DNA of 59,581 bases, filler included. It is 8 parts of 8 records of this genome, joined end to end, with 100 filler letters (N's around TTAATTAATTAA, not from the genome) between each part and the next. Parts side by side here need not be neighbours in the genome. Positions count along the whole stretch, not along the records: positions 27,513 to 38,791 come from SRR31147125_105496; positions 38,892 to 43,906 come from SRR31147125_105499; 6 more parts are not named here. One strand, given 5' to 3'. Positions 29,491 to 42,446 of this stretch are shown piece after piece. Every line of letters begins with the position of its first letter. Within the stretch, counting starts at the first letter, position 1. A program made the position numbers and the translations under genes. The notes beneath the pieces were generated by a model. The model was not told where the DNA came from. It saw nothing but the letters and a program-made list of their open reading frames with translations, and searched no databases.

Positions 29491-30834
29491 ATGCGCGCAC
29501 GCGTCAGGATTTTTATCAGTATCTTTCTCCTTGTTGCGATCATGACAACGGCCGGCTGCACCAGCTCGACGGCTGACGATTTATATAGTCTGCCGAAGGC
29601 TTCAAAGGAATTTTTGCAGCTGCAAAAGCAGATTGACGCCGTGCTCGATTCAGGCGCGGAGTATTCTCCGCCGATTGCAGGCCCGAACCGGCAGTCGGTC
29701 CAGCTCAAGGATATCGACGGCGACGGGCAAAACGAGGCGATTGCCTTTTTCAGAATGTCAGGGGACAAGCCTCTTAAAATTTATATTATGAAGCAAATTG
29801 ACGGCTCGTATGAAACGGTCTGCAAAATTGAGGGCAGCGGCACGGCGATTGAGAGCATACGCTACGCCGACATGGATTCCGACAACATCAGCGAGCTGGT
29901 CGTGGGCTGGCAGAGCTCCGGGCTGGCCCACATGATGATTTATTCCATTCGTGATAACCAGCCGGTCCTTCTGGCGGAATCCGATTATTCCAAGCTCGTC
30001 ACAAGCGACCTTGACGATGATGGTGCGATGGACGTCATTGCGCTGCGTTTACCGACGCCGGAGGTTCCCGGCGGGGCGGATATGTTTTCGCTGCGTCCGG
30101 ACGGGGAGCGCGTTACCAGCTCGACGCCGCTGTCGGCCGACATCGCCTCCATAACCCGGATCTTTAAAAGTAAACTGACAGACGGCACCTCTGCCCTTTT
30201 TGTGGAGGGCAGCTATCAGGGCAGCAACGTCAGTGTCATAACGGATATCCTCTGCTCGCAGCTCGACAGCATTATCAATGTATTTGTTACCGCGCCGGGT
30301 GAGAGCAGCGAGGAGACCGTCCGGGCTCAGAATGTCTACAGCACCGACATTAATAACGACGGCATATTTGAGGTTCCCTCGCCGAGGCTTCTCCTATCGG
30401 AGGAGGACAAAACGTATTTTGCAATCGACTGGTTTGCGTACAGCCAAAGCGGCTCCCGGCGCGCCGTGTTTACAACGTATCACGACTACCAGGAAGGCTG
30501 GTACCTCATTTTGCCCGACGCGTGGATAGACCATATCACCGTCCGGCGCGAGGATTCTGTCGCCGGTGAGCGGACAATTATCTTTACCTGGCTGCCTGAC
30601 GGACAGTCCGGGGACCTGGCTGCCGGCACGGACTTTCTTAAAATTTACACGCTGTCCGGCGACAACAAGGAAGACCGGGCCCGGCTGGACGGGCGGTCCA
30701 TACTCCTGCTGCACGGCGATGTGATATACGCCGGCGAGGTTTTAACGCCGGGCGACGCGCTGGGCGTCACGTGGAAGACCGTTACAGAAAACTTTGGCCT
30801 GATTCCCACAGAATGGGCCACCGGCGTTTATTAA
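29491..30834 (+). CDS. Lipoprotein with FG-GAP/VCBS-like repeats, upstream of a two-component system
   Basis: GGAGG RBS; lipobox TAGC; repeats DIDGDGQNE, DMDSDNISE, DLDDDGAMD, DINNDGIFE. Confidence 0.8.
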   Translation: MRARVRIFISIFLLVAIMTTAGCTSSTADDLYSLPKASKEFLQLQKQIDAVLDSGAEYSPPIAGPNRQSVQLKDIDGDGQNEAIAFFRMSGDKPLKIYIMKQIDGSYETVCKIEGSGTAIESIRYADMDSDNISELVVGWQSSGLAHMMIYSIRDNQPVLLAESDYSKLVTSDLDDDGAMDVIALRLPTPEVPGGADMFSLRPDGERVTSSTPLSADIASITRIFKSKLTDGTSALFVEGSYQGSNVSVITDILCSQLDSIINVFVTAPGESSEETVRAQNVYSTDINNDGIFEVPSPRLLLSEEDKTYFAIDWFAYSQSGSRRAVFTTYHDYQEGWYLILPDAWIDHITVRREDSVAGERTIIFTWLPDGQSGDLAAGTDFLKIYTLSGDNKEDRARLDGRSILLLHGDVIYAGEVLTPGDALGVTWKTVTENFGLIPTEWATGVY

Positions 30835-30922
30835 CGCGCCGGTATTGAAGGTTTTAATACGCTCCAAAGACAGATAAAAGCATGGCCGGCCGGGTTGTCC
30901 GACCCCTGAAGGAGGAAACGCG

Positions 30923-31609
30923 ATGAAGAAAGTATTAGTGCTTGAGGACGAAACCAGTATCCGCAGCTTTGTGGTGATTAATTTAAAGCGCGCCGGCTAC
31001 GAGCCCATCGAGGCCGGCACGGGCGCTGAAGCGTTTGAGCAGCTGCGCGCCAATCCCGATATTAAGGTAGCCATATTGGATATTATGCTGCCGGACATTG
31101 ATGGCTTTGAGGTCTGCCGCAAGATCCGTGCGGCGGATCCGCATATCGGCATCATCATGCTTACGGCGCGTACGCAGGAAATGGATAAGGTTACGGGCCT
31201 GATGACGGGAGCGGACGATTATGTGACAAAGCCGTTTTCACCGGCGGAGCTCACCGCCCGTATCGACGCGCTCTACCGGCGTACGGGAAGCCTTGAACAG
31301 GCCGACACCGGCGAGATCGTCCAGGGGCCGTTCCGGCTGAATACGCGTAACCGGACGCTTGAAAAAAGCGGAGAGCGCATCAAGCTGACCCAGGTGGAAT
31401 ATGCCATTATGAAAATGTTTATGGACAATCCCGGCAAAGCGCTTTCGCGCGAGGATATCCTCAATACCGTTTGGGGCCGGGACTATTTCGGGGAGCTGAA
31501 GATTGCCGATGTCAATATACGGCGTCTGCGGCTGAAGATCGAGGACGATCCTACAACCCCCATATTTATCACGACGGTCTGGGGTTATGGCTATAAATGG
31601 GGATTCTAA
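30923..31609 (+). CDS. OmpR-family response regulator
   Basis: LEDE, LDIMLP, LTA, KPF, winged-helix TVWGYGY. Confidence 0.95.
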   Translation: MKKVLVLEDETSIRSFVVINLKRAGYEPIEAGTGAEAFEQLRANPDIKVAILDIMLPDIDGFEVCRKIRAADPHIGIIMLTARTQEMDKVTGLMTGADDYVTKPFSPAELTARIDALYRRTGSLEQADTGEIVQGPFRLNTRNRTLEKSGERIKLTQVEYAIMKMFMDNPGKALSREDILNTVWGRDYFGELKIADVNIRRLRLKIEDDPTTPIFITTVWGYGYKWGF

Positions 31610-31641
31610 GCAGCACTCCGGCTGAAAGCAGGTAAGACGTT

Positions 31642-33075
31642 ATGGACAAGCACAAAGGAATACAAACGAACGGATTACGTTGGCGCTGGTTTCGCGGCAG
31701 CGTTCTTCTTGTGCTTGTTACGATCATGGTTGTCCTGATGGTGTTTTCCGTCATTATCTATTCCAGCTATTACAACACGGTGCAAACGGGTCTGGAGACA
31801 AAAGCCCAGACCGCCACAGACTTCTTTTCAAACTACGTGGCCAAAAGCGCGTCGGAATTTTACGACAGCGCCTATATTTATACCGAATCGTTTGAAGACA
31901 GTAATAAGCTGGAGCTCCAGTTTTTAGATAGCGACGGCCGTGTCATCATCTCGACGTACGGGATATCGGCCGGTTCGTCGCCAAACACGCCCGATATCCA
32001 GGACGCCATCACCAGCGGCAAGATATCCTCGTGGCACGGGAAAGGCCCGTCGACGAGCGAGAGGATCATGTCCGTCTCCGCACCGATGGTATACTCCAAC
32101 GGTCAGATCATCGGCGTCATGCGGTATATTACGAGCATGAGCATCGCCGACCGGCAGATCGCCGTGAACATCCTGGCCGCCTGCGCGCTTGGGGCGCTTG
32201 TGATGCTGATGGTCATCGTCATCAATCTGGTTTTCATCCGTTCGGTTATCGAGCCGGTCAGTGAGATTACGAAAATGTCCAAGCGTATTGCGCAGGGAAG
32301 CTACGGCATACAAATCAATAAGAAATATGCTGACGAGATTGGCGAGATGGTGGCGTCCATCAACGAGATGTCGCTCAAAATCGCCCAGTCGGAAAAAATA
32401 CAGACTGAATTTATTTCTTCCATATCGCACGAGCTGCGCACGCCGCTGACGGCTATTACAGGCTGGGGCGAAACGCTTGTCTACAGCGACGATATCGATA
32501 TCGAAACAAAAAAAGGTATCGCGATCATGCTGAAGGAAGCGCGAAGGCTTACAAAAATGGTTGAGAGTCTGCTGGAATTTACGCGTATGGAAGACGGCCG
32601 CTTTACGCTTAACATCGAACCTATTGACATTGGCGCCGAGCTGGAGGATTCTATTTTTACTTACCGGGAGCTTCTCAATCAGGATCATGTCGAGCTTGTT
32701 TATCAGCCGTACGAGGACGAGATACCGCTCATTCCCGGTGACCCCAGCCGGCTCAAGCAGGTGTTTTTAAATCTCTTTGACAACGCCGCCAAATACGGCC
32801 GGGAGGGAAAACGTATTGAGGTCGCCATCTACTTTGACGGCTCATATGTTACAGTCACTATACGGGATTACGGGCCCGGTATTCCCGAGGACGAGATGTC
32901 CAATGTGAAAATGAAGTTTTACAAGGGCTCCAACGCCAAAGAACGCGGCAGCGGCATCGGCCTGGCCGTCTGCGATGAGATTGTCCGCTTCCACGGCGGC
33001 GAACTGACACTGAAAAATGCCGACGGCGGCGGACTTCTTGTGTCGGTCAGGCTGCCGATCAGCAGCTCCATCTGA
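31642..33075 (+). CDS. HAMP-domain sensor histidine kinase
   Basis: Two TM helices, HAMP, SHELRTPL, NLFDNA.KY, D.GPGI, GSGIGL. Confidence 0.95.
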   Translation: MDKHKGIQTNGLRWRWFRGSVLLVLVTIMVVLMVFSVIIYSSYYNTVQTGLETKAQTATDFFSNYVAKSASEFYDSAYIYTESFEDSNKLELQFLDSDGRVIISTYGISAGSSPNTPDIQDAITSGKISSWHGKGPSTSERIMSVSAPMVYSNGQIIGVMRYITSMSIADRQIAVNILAACALGALVMLMVIVINLVFIRSVIEPVSEITKMSKRIAQGSYGIQINKKYADEIGEMVASINEMSLKIAQSEKIQTEFISSISHELRTPLTAITGWGETLVYSDDIDIETKKGIAIMLKEARRLTKMVESLLEFTRMEDGRFTLNIEPIDIGAELEDSIFTYRELLNQDHVELVYQPYEDEIPLIPGDPSRLKQVFLNLFDNAAKYGREGKRIEVAIYFDGSYVTVTIRDYGPGIPEDEMSNVKMKFYKGSNAKERGSGIGLAVCDEIVRFHGGELTLKNADGGGLLVSVRLPISSSI

Positions 33076-33115
33076 AACCGGCGGCGAACGAGGCTTGTAA
33101 CTGGGAGGGATCGCT

Positions 33116-33982
33116 ATCAAAACCTATAACACCGTATATCTCTCCGCGCGCAAACGGCTTCGCGAGGCAGGTTTTGAGACCTCCGACGCCGAGGCGCGGC
33201 TGATCGTCACGTCGTCGTCCGGCAAAACGATTGAGCAGTTTATGCGCGACCGGAACCTGTATGTGACGGACCCGACGTTTGAAACCACTGTAGAGCAGCT
33301 GCTCGACCGCCGTATCGCCGGCGAGCCCATTGCATACCTTCTCGGCGAGTGGGAATTTTACGGCATGCCCCTCACCGTCAGCCGGGACGTTTTAATACCG
33401 CGCATCGATACAGAGGTGCTGGCCGGAACCGTTATATCCGAGCTGAAAAATAATCTAAACGGCAAACGCATACTGGACTTGTGCGCCGGCAGCGGCTGTG
33501 TGGGGCTGGCTATTGCGGCCAACGTGCCGTTTTCTCGCGTGCTTTTGGCCGATAAGTCGCCGCAGGCGCTTAAAATTTGCCGAATAAACATCAACCGCAA
33601 TAAGCTTACGCGCTCCGTCACAAGCATTGAGCTCGACGCGCTGGAGGAGCCGCCGATGCTATTGGGTGTTTTCGACGTAATTGTCTCCAATCCGCCTTAT
33701 ATTCCGACGCGGGAGATCGACACGCTCGATAAGTCTGTCAAGGATTACGAGCCGCGTGTGGCGCTAGACGGTGGGTCCGACGGCCTGGATTTTTATAGAA
33801 GCATCGCGTCAAAATGGAAAACCGTTTTAAAGGAAAACGGCCGTATTGCCTTTGAATGCGGTATGGGACAGGCTGACGAGGTGTGCGCCTTACTGGCCGA
33901 AAACGGCTTTGAAGATATTAAGACCGTCAAGGATACGCTAAACATTGAAAGGGTTGTTATTGCGACCGTGAGTAAACAATAA
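33116..33982 (+). CDS. prmC: Release factor glutamine methyltransferase; start uncertain (first ATG at 33242, frame open from 33101)
   Basis: RR.AGEPIAY..G.WEFYG, VLIPR.DTE, LDLCAGSG, SNPPY, EP..ALDGG.DGL. Confidence 0.92.
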   Translation: MKTYNTVYLSARKRLREAGFETSDAEARLIVTSSSGKTIEQFMRDRNLYVTDPTFETTVEQLLDRRIAGEPIAYLLGEWEFYGMPLTVSRDVLIPRIDTEVLAGTVISELKNNLNGKRILDLCAGSGCVGLAIAANVPFSRVLLADKSPQALKICRININRNKLTRSVTSIELDALEEPPMLLGVFDVIVSNPPYIPTREIDTLDKSVKDYEPRVALDGGSDGLDFYRSIASKWKTVLKENGRIAFECGMGQADEVCALLAENGFEDIKTVKDTLNIERVVIATVSKQ

Positions 33983-34012
33983 CTGTTTACCAAACAATAG
34001 GGAGGAAGAAAC

Positions 34013-35103
<1,091 letters not shown>

Positions 35104-35107
<4 letters not shown>

Positions 35108-35736
35108 GCGTTGAAATTACAAAGCTTGCCGTAAACCCCAAAAACCCTAATAAATACGCGGTCGAATTGGACGACGGCGATAAAATGACGCTTGACGCCG
35201 CGCTCGTGGCCGACCACGGCCTCTTTACGGGGCGCGTGCTGGACGGCGACGAATACGAGGCGTTGCAAAAAGATGCCGGCCTGCATGCAGCGCGCACGCG
35301 CGCGCTGAGAATACTTGGCAGACGCCAGATGTCACACCGTGAGATGACCGAACGGCTCATTCAAAAAGGTGAAACAGAGGAAACGTCGCACAGTGTTGCA
35401 GACTGGCTTGTGAAAATCGGCGCGGTGAACGACGCGGAATACGCCGCGTCCATCGTCCGCCACTACGGCGGCAGCGGTTACGGACTCATGCGAATCCGGG
35501 ACGAGCTGTATCGGCGCGGCATTGAGCGCGAGCTCTGGAACGAGGCGCTTTCAGAAATGCCGGATATGGAAGAGGCGGCTTATAAAGCCCTGACGGCAAA
35601 GCTTCGGGGCAAAAGGCCCGACCGAGACGAGCTAGGCCGCGTTACCGCCGGGCTGTACAGGCGCGGCTTTTCATGGGATGAGATCAAAGTGGCCGCCGAA
35701 CGCTATAAATCAGAGGAAATGGATACGGATGAATAA
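35104..35736 (+). CDS. recX: Regulatory protein RecX
   Basis: Directly downstream of recA; AL.IL..R..S..E, ND.EYA, L.RRGF. Confidence 0.9.
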
Positions 35737-37054
35737 AGTCGGACTTATTTCGCTCGGTTGCGCAAAAAATCTTGTCAACAGCGAGCAGATGCTTTACCTT
35801 TTACGACAGGCCGGTTACGAGCTTACTGAAGACTGTCTTAGCGCCGATGCGGTCGTCGTTAATACATGCGCGTTTATCGAAAGCGCGAAAACGGAAGCCA
35901 TCGATACGATCCTGGAGCTGGCGGAGGCCAAAAGCGATGGGCGGATTAAGCGCATCGTTGTGGCCGGCTGCCTGCCGGAGCGTTACCGCGATGAATTACA
36001 AGAGGAATTGCCGGAGATCGACGCCGTTGTCGGCGTCGGCAGTTTTCGGGAGATCGTCGGCGCCGTCAGCGCGGCGCTTGCTGGAGAAAGCTTCCGGGGC
36101 TTTGGCGATATCGACAGGCCGGAACCTGAAATCCCCCGCGTTTTGTCAACGCCGGGAGCCTGGACTTATCTGAAAATTGCGGAAGGCTGCGACAATCGCT
36201 GCGCCTACTGCGTGATACCCGGTATCCGGGGCCGCTACAGGAGCCGCGCGATGGATAGCATTATCCAGGAGGCCGAGGAACTGGCCGCCGGCGGCGTGAA
36301 GGAGATCATTGTCGTGGCACAGGACACGACACGCTACGGGCTGGATCTGTACGGCAAAAAAATGCTGCCGGAGCTGTTGTCCAGGCTGTGCGCTGTGGAC
36401 GGCATCGATTGGATACGGCTGCATTATCTCTACCCGGACGAAATTGACGACGGCCTGATAAACGTCATAGCCCAAGAGGAAAAGATACTTAAATATCTGG
36501 ACATTCCCATCCAGCATATTAACAATGGTATTCTTAAAAAAATGCACCGGCGGGGAACGGGCAGTGAGATTCGCGCGCTCTTTAACAAGCTGCGCGAGCG
36601 GGTGCCCGGCGTTGTGCTGCGCACGAGCCTCATAGCGGGTCTGCCCGGCGAGGGAGAACCGGAATTTGAGGAGCTGCTGGCATTTTTAAAAGAGGCAAAA
36701 ATTGAACGTGCCGGTGTATTCGCGTATTCACCGGAGGAAGGTACGCCGGCGGCCGGTATGGATTATGCCGACAACGAGACGGCTGTGGCGCGCGCCGAGG
36801 CCGCCATGCTGTTGCAGTCGGATATCATGGATGCGTTTAACCAAAGCCGGGTGGGCTCAACTGTGACGGTGCTCGTCGAGGGTTTTGACGGCGAACGCTG
36901 GTTCGGCCGCAGCTTTGCCGAATCTCCGGAGATCGACGGTATTATCCGCTTTGACGGAACGGATGCCGCCCCCGGTATGTTTTGCCGCGTCCGGCTCACC
37001 GGCGTTCAAGACGGTGAGCCGGTCGGTGTGCTGGAAAAAGAAGATCAGAGGTAG
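35729..37054 (+). CDS. rimO: Ribosomal protein S12 methylthiotransferase
   Basis: SLGCAKNLV.SE, NTC.FI..A, YLKIAEGCDNRCAYC, LHYLYP, SPEIDG TRAM domain. Confidence 0.95.
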   Translation: MNKVGLISLGCAKNLVNSEQMLYLLRQAGYELTEDCLSADAVVVNTCAFIESAKTEAIDTILELAEAKSDGRIKRIVVAGCLPERYRDELQEELPEIDAVVGVGSFREIVGAVSAALAGESFRGFGDIDRPEPEIPRVLSTPGAWTYLKIAEGCDNRCAYCVIPGIRGRYRSRAMDSIIQEAEELAAGGVKEIIVVAQDTTRYGLDLYGKKMLPELLSRLCAVDGIDWIRLHYLYPDEIDDGLINVIAQEEKILKYLDIPIQHINNGILKKMHRRGTGSEIRALFNKLRERVPGVVLRTSLIAGLPGEGEPEFEELLAFLKEAKIERAGVFAYSPEEGTPAAGMDYADNETAVARAEAAMLLQSDIMDAFNQSRVGSTVTVLVEGFDGERWFGRSFAESPEIDGIIRFDGTDAAPGMFCRVRLTGVQDGEPVGVLEKEDQR

Positions 37055-37060
37055 AAACGA

Positions 37061-37585
37061 ATGAATACGGCCAACAAGCTGACGATGCTCCGCGTTTTTA
37101 TGATCCCGGCGTTCCTGATTGTGCTTTACTGGGGATTTCCGGGTTCGGGCTATGTCGCCGCAGGTGTTTTTGCCATTGCGGGCCTTACAGACTTTGTAGA
37201 CGGGCATATTGCCAGATCTCGCGGACAAATAACGGATTTCGGTAAATTTATGGATCCGCTGGCCGACAAGGTCCTCGTCGTGGCGGCTCTTTTATGGTTT
37301 ACCCAGGAGGGCCTGATGCCGGCGTGGGCGCTTCTGATTGTCATTGTACGCGAATTTGCCGTCACGGCGCTTCGGCTTGTCGCCGTCGACCGGGGTAACG
37401 TTATAGCGGCGGGAATTCTGGGGAAGATTAAAACAGCTGTGACGATGTTCTGCATTATATTAATGCTTTTACCGATCCCGTTGAACGTTGCGTATGGACT
37501 TGTCGGCCTCATACTTCTTGTAACGGTTGTCTCGGGCGTGGAATATTTCATCAAAAACAGACGTTTGCTCAACTGGACAAAATAG
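37061..37585 (+). CDS. pgsA: CDP-diacylglycerol--glycerol-3-phosphate 3-phosphatidyltransferase
   Basis: N.LT..R, TD..DG.IAR....T.FGKFMDPLADK, GK.KT. Confidence 0.95.
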   Translation: MNTANKLTMLRVFMIPAFLIVLYWGFPGSGYVAAGVFAIAGLTDFVDGHIARSRGQITDFGKFMDPLADKVLVVAALLWFTQEGLMPAWALLIVIVREFAVTALRLVAVDRGNVIAAGILGKIKTAVTMFCIILMLLPIPLNVAYGLVGLILLVTVVSGVEYFIKNRRLLNWTK

Positions 37586-37598
37586 CGGAGGACTTTTC

Positions 37599-38483
37599 TT
37601 GCAATTTCAAAAACTGGACCTTGGGCATATTGACTCGCTCAGGCCGCACTTTACACAAAATAATTGCCGTATCTGCGACTGTACAATCGGCGGTACGTTT
37701 ATCTGGCGCGATTTCTTCCAAACGGAATTCGCACTTGAAGACGACTATCTTTATTTAAAGGTAATCTATCTAACGGGCGATATAGCCTTTACACCGCCCA
37801 GAGGGCCCGAATGTGCCGATAAAGCTGTGTATGATAAGCTTGTGGATTACTGCGGGCTGACCGGCTGTACGCCGCGTTTGTGCGCCGTCTCCGCGCCGCG
37901 TCTCGAGAAGATACTGGAGCTTTACCCCAATGCCAAAACGGCCACCGACCGGGCCTGGTCGGATTACCTGTACGCGGCGGAGGACCTTAAAAACCTGGCC
38001 GGCCGGAAATACAGCGGCCAGCGCAACCACATCAATAAGTTCTTAAAGGCTTATGACATCTGGACGTTTGAAAAGGCGGGAGCGGATAATATTGGGGAAA
38101 TGCGCGCGTTCTTCCATAAGTACGCCGCGGAGCCCGATTCCGATTATCCGGCGCTGGATGAATGCAAGCATAAGTCGCTGGAGGTACTGGACCATTTCGA
38201 GCAATTCGGTCTTGTGGGCGGGATGCTGAAGGTAAACGGAACCGTCATTGGTGCCGCGCTCGGCGAAACGGTGGGGGACACGCACTTTGTCCACATCGAG
38301 AAGGCTGACACGGATTATCTGGGCGCTTACCAGATGTTCGTCAACCAGTATGCCAAGGCGTTTGCGCAGGATGTCGCCTTTATAAACCGTGAAGAGGACG
38401 ACGGTGTTGAGGGCCTTCGTAAGTCAAAGCTGTCATACCATCCGGTGCAGCTGCTGGATAAATATGTGGTGGAGCTGGTGTGA
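37599..38483 (+). CDS. DUF2156 / aminoacyl-phosphatidylglycerol synthase-like GNAT domain protein
   Basis: GGAGG RBS plus TTG start; DY.Y....L..L.G.KY...RNH.N.F, HIEKA, INREED.G.EGLRKSKLSYHP. Confidence 0.88.
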   Translation: MQFQKLDLGHIDSLRPHFTQNNCRICDCTIGGTFIWRDFFQTEFALEDDYLYLKVIYLTGDIAFTPPRGPECADKAVYDKLVDYCGLTGCTPRLCAVSAPRLEKILELYPNAKTATDRAWSDYLYAAEDLKNLAGRKYSGQRNHINKFLKAYDIWTFEKAGADNIGEMRAFFHKYAAEPDSDYPALDECKHKSLEVLDHFEQFGLVGGMLKVNGTVIGAALGETVGDTHFVHIEKADTDYLGAYQMFVNQYAKAFAQDVAFINREEDDGVEGLRKSKLSYHPVQLLDKYVVELV

Positions 38484-38533
38484 GTGGAAGCGGTGTTTAA
38501 GTGGTATTATAAATCCCTCGGTTCTGGTCTTCA

Positions 38534-38659
38534 AGGCTTCCCCAGGGAGAAGCTGTCGAGTGTAAGCGAGACTGATGAGGGACTTGCTGCTGATCTTTTT
38601 GAAAAGTAAACCCTCATCCGTCACGGCGGGGCCGTGCCACCTTCCCCCAGGGGAAGGCT
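38534..38659. repeat. REP-like palindromic intergenic element (clostridial type)
   Basis: Terminal hairpins GGCTTCCCCAGGGAGAAGCT and CCTTCCCCCAGGGGAAGGCT, inner IR GATGAGGG / CCCTCATC, hairpin CACGGCGGGGCCGTG. Confidence 0.65.
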
Positions 38660-38791
38660 AGTGTTTTCCCACGCTGCTGTCAGCTTCACAAAACACTTTA
38701 AACAGCGCCGTTACGTCACTCAGGTTGTCTAACAAGTCTCGTGCCCTTCGTCTGTACGTCTAATCGCCGTGCGATTAAATTTCCGCCGGTG

Positions 38792-38891
38792 NNNNNNNNN
38801 NNNNNNNNNNNNNNNNNNNNNNNNNNNNNNNNNNNTTAATTAATTAANNNNNNNNNNNNNNNNNNNNNNNNNNNNNNNNNNNNNNNNNNNN
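38792..38891. other. Artificial contig linker
   Basis: N44-TTAATTAATTAA-N44. Confidence 0.99.
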
Positions 38892-40724
<1,833 letters not shown>

Positions 40725-40867
40725 CTACTATGCGCAACCTTCAAGTGCAATGCAAGGCCTTCCACTTTTTCAATGATTACGCTAGTATCCATCTGAATTG
40801 ATGGTGACCGATGACGTGTGCGGCGCATCTCAAGCCCTCTGTGGGCGTGTCTTTTTGTGGAGATCTG

Positions 40868-42142
40868 ATGTCTGAAGACAATCTATGGCGGCTTCTGGCC
40901 CTGGTTCTGTTGCTGGGAGTATCCGGTTTTTTCTCTGGATCTGAAACGGCGCTTTTGTCCCTCGATAAGCTCCGGGTCCGTTTTCTTCAGCAGAAGGGTC
41001 GGCCTGGCGCTGATAAACTGGCAACCCTGCTGGAGAATCCGGATCGCCTGCTGAGTGGGATTCTGGTCGGGAATAACCTGGTTAATATTGCTGCGTCGGT
41101 CATCGCGACAGGTCTTTTCGTCAGCTGGTTCGGAGATCAGGGGGAGTGGCTAACGGTTGTCATCCTGACGCCGATCCTGTTGATTTTTGCCGAAGTGTGT
41201 CCCAAAACCTACGCGGCTTACTATCCGGAGAAAATGTCATTCCGGGTGTTGGCGCCGATCCGTTTTGTCGTCTGGGTGTTGCGCCCTGTTATTATTATCG
41301 TCTCTGCTGTTTCGCGTTTTTTGACCAGCTTCCTGCGAAATGAAAAGGGGGAAAGCCTGTCTGTCTCCGAGGATGAGATCAAGGCGATGATCGATGTCGG
41401 GGAAGAGTCCGGAGTTGTCGAAAAAGAGCAGAAGCGTATGCTGCACGGGATTTTCGACCTGTCGGCAACGCGCGTGCGTGACGTCATGATACCGCGGACA
41501 GAGGTTGTCGGTATCGATGTCTCAGCAAACTTTGAAGAGACGTTGCGTATCGTTCGGGACGCGCGCCATTCCCGTTTTCCGATCTACAGTGAAAGTCTCG
41601 ATAAGGTGGTTGGTGTGGTTCATTCGAAGGATGTCCTCGACTTTGTCGGCCGGCCGAAAGAATTTAATTTGCGGGACCTCAGCCGTGCTCCCTACTATGT
41701 GCCGGAGTCGAAGCGGATTGCCGTTCTGTTGCAGAATTTCCGTAAAAAGCGGGAGCACCTCGCCATGGTTGTTGATGAGTACGGGGGCGTGGAGGGGATT
41801 GTCACCCTGGAAGACGTCGTCGAAGAGATCGTTGGTGAAATTCACGACGAGCACGATATTGAAGAATATGATTTCCGCAAGCTTGGTGATGGGCACTATC
41901 TGATAGACGCTGCGGTTCCACTGCGTGAAGTCAATCGTCGCTTTGATCTTGATCTGCCGGAAGAGCATGTCACTACTCTGGCCGGTTACGTTCTGCAGGT
42001 CCTTGGACGGATTCCTGTCGAGGGTGACAGCTGCGAAGAGGGGACGACGCTGTTCAGGATCAGGCGTATGGATGAGCGGCGGATAGAAGAAATTGAAATG
42101 ATCATTTCCCTGCCTGAAGTTGATTCTGGCGGCGAGGAATGA
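40868..42142 (+). CDS. CNNM/HlyC/CorC-family protein (DUF21-CBS-CBS-CorC)
   Basis: SGFFSGSETAL, ILVGNNLVNI, FAEV.PK, VMIPR, HSRFP, VVDEYGG..G.VT.ED..EEIVG. Confidence 0.93.
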   Translation: MSEDNLWRLLALVLLLGVSGFFSGSETALLSLDKLRVRFLQQKGRPGADKLATLLENPDRLLSGILVGNNLVNIAASVIATGLFVSWFGDQGEWLTVVILTPILLIFAEVCPKTYAAYYPEKMSFRVLAPIRFVVWVLRPVIIIVSAVSRFLTSFLRNEKGESLSVSEDEIKAMIDVGEESGVVEKEQKRMLHGIFDLSATRVRDVMIPRTEVVGIDVSANFEETLRIVRDARHSRFPIYSESLDKVVGVVHSKDVLDFVGRPKEFNLRDLSRAPYYVPESKRIAVLLQNFRKKREHLAMVVDEYGGVEGIVTLEDVVEEIVGEIHDEHDIEEYDFRKLGDGHYLIDAAVPLREVNRRFDLDLPEEHVTTLAGYVLQVLGRIPVEGDSCEEGTTLFRIRRMDERRIEEIEMIISLPEVDSGGEE

Positions 42143-42378
42143 GCCGGGAGTCACCTCTTTTTTGCCCTCTCAAAGGACTTTTCCTCGAGATCTTTCCCTC
42201 CATTGATTGATCACCACACCCCTGTCTAAAACCATCGCTCAAGACTCAAAAACAGAAAAAGCCATTAAAATTAAACAGTTTTGATGTTTTGTTCGAGTTG
42301 TCCTTGAATTGGACTGCAAGTTCCTGTGATATCAGAATTTTTCTAATCTTTATAAGTGCCTCAAGGGCACCTTTATTC

Positions 42379-42407
42379 TTGACAGTCAGAGGCTTCACCG
42401 CTATATT
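42379..42407 (+). promoter_or_regulatory. sigma70 promoter of the mraZ (dcw) operon
   Basis: TTGACA (42379-42384) - 17 nt - TATATT (42402-42407). Confidence 0.8.
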
Positions 42408-42408
42408 T

Positions 42409-42445
42409 TGTCAATCTAGTGTCAAATAGTGTCAATGGGTGTCAA
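42409..42445 (+). promoter_or_regulatory. Four direct repeats of TGTCAA at ~10-nt period; probable MraZ operator
   Basis: TGTCAA at 42409, 42420, 42430 and 42440, between the -10 box and the mraZ ATG. Confidence 0.7.
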
Positions 42446-42446
42446 T

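Noticed and set aside
38572-38620. CTGATGAG hammerhead motif in the REP-like element
   Set aside because: No stem II closing onto GAAA; GATGAGGG instead pairs with CCCTCATC as part of the palindrome.
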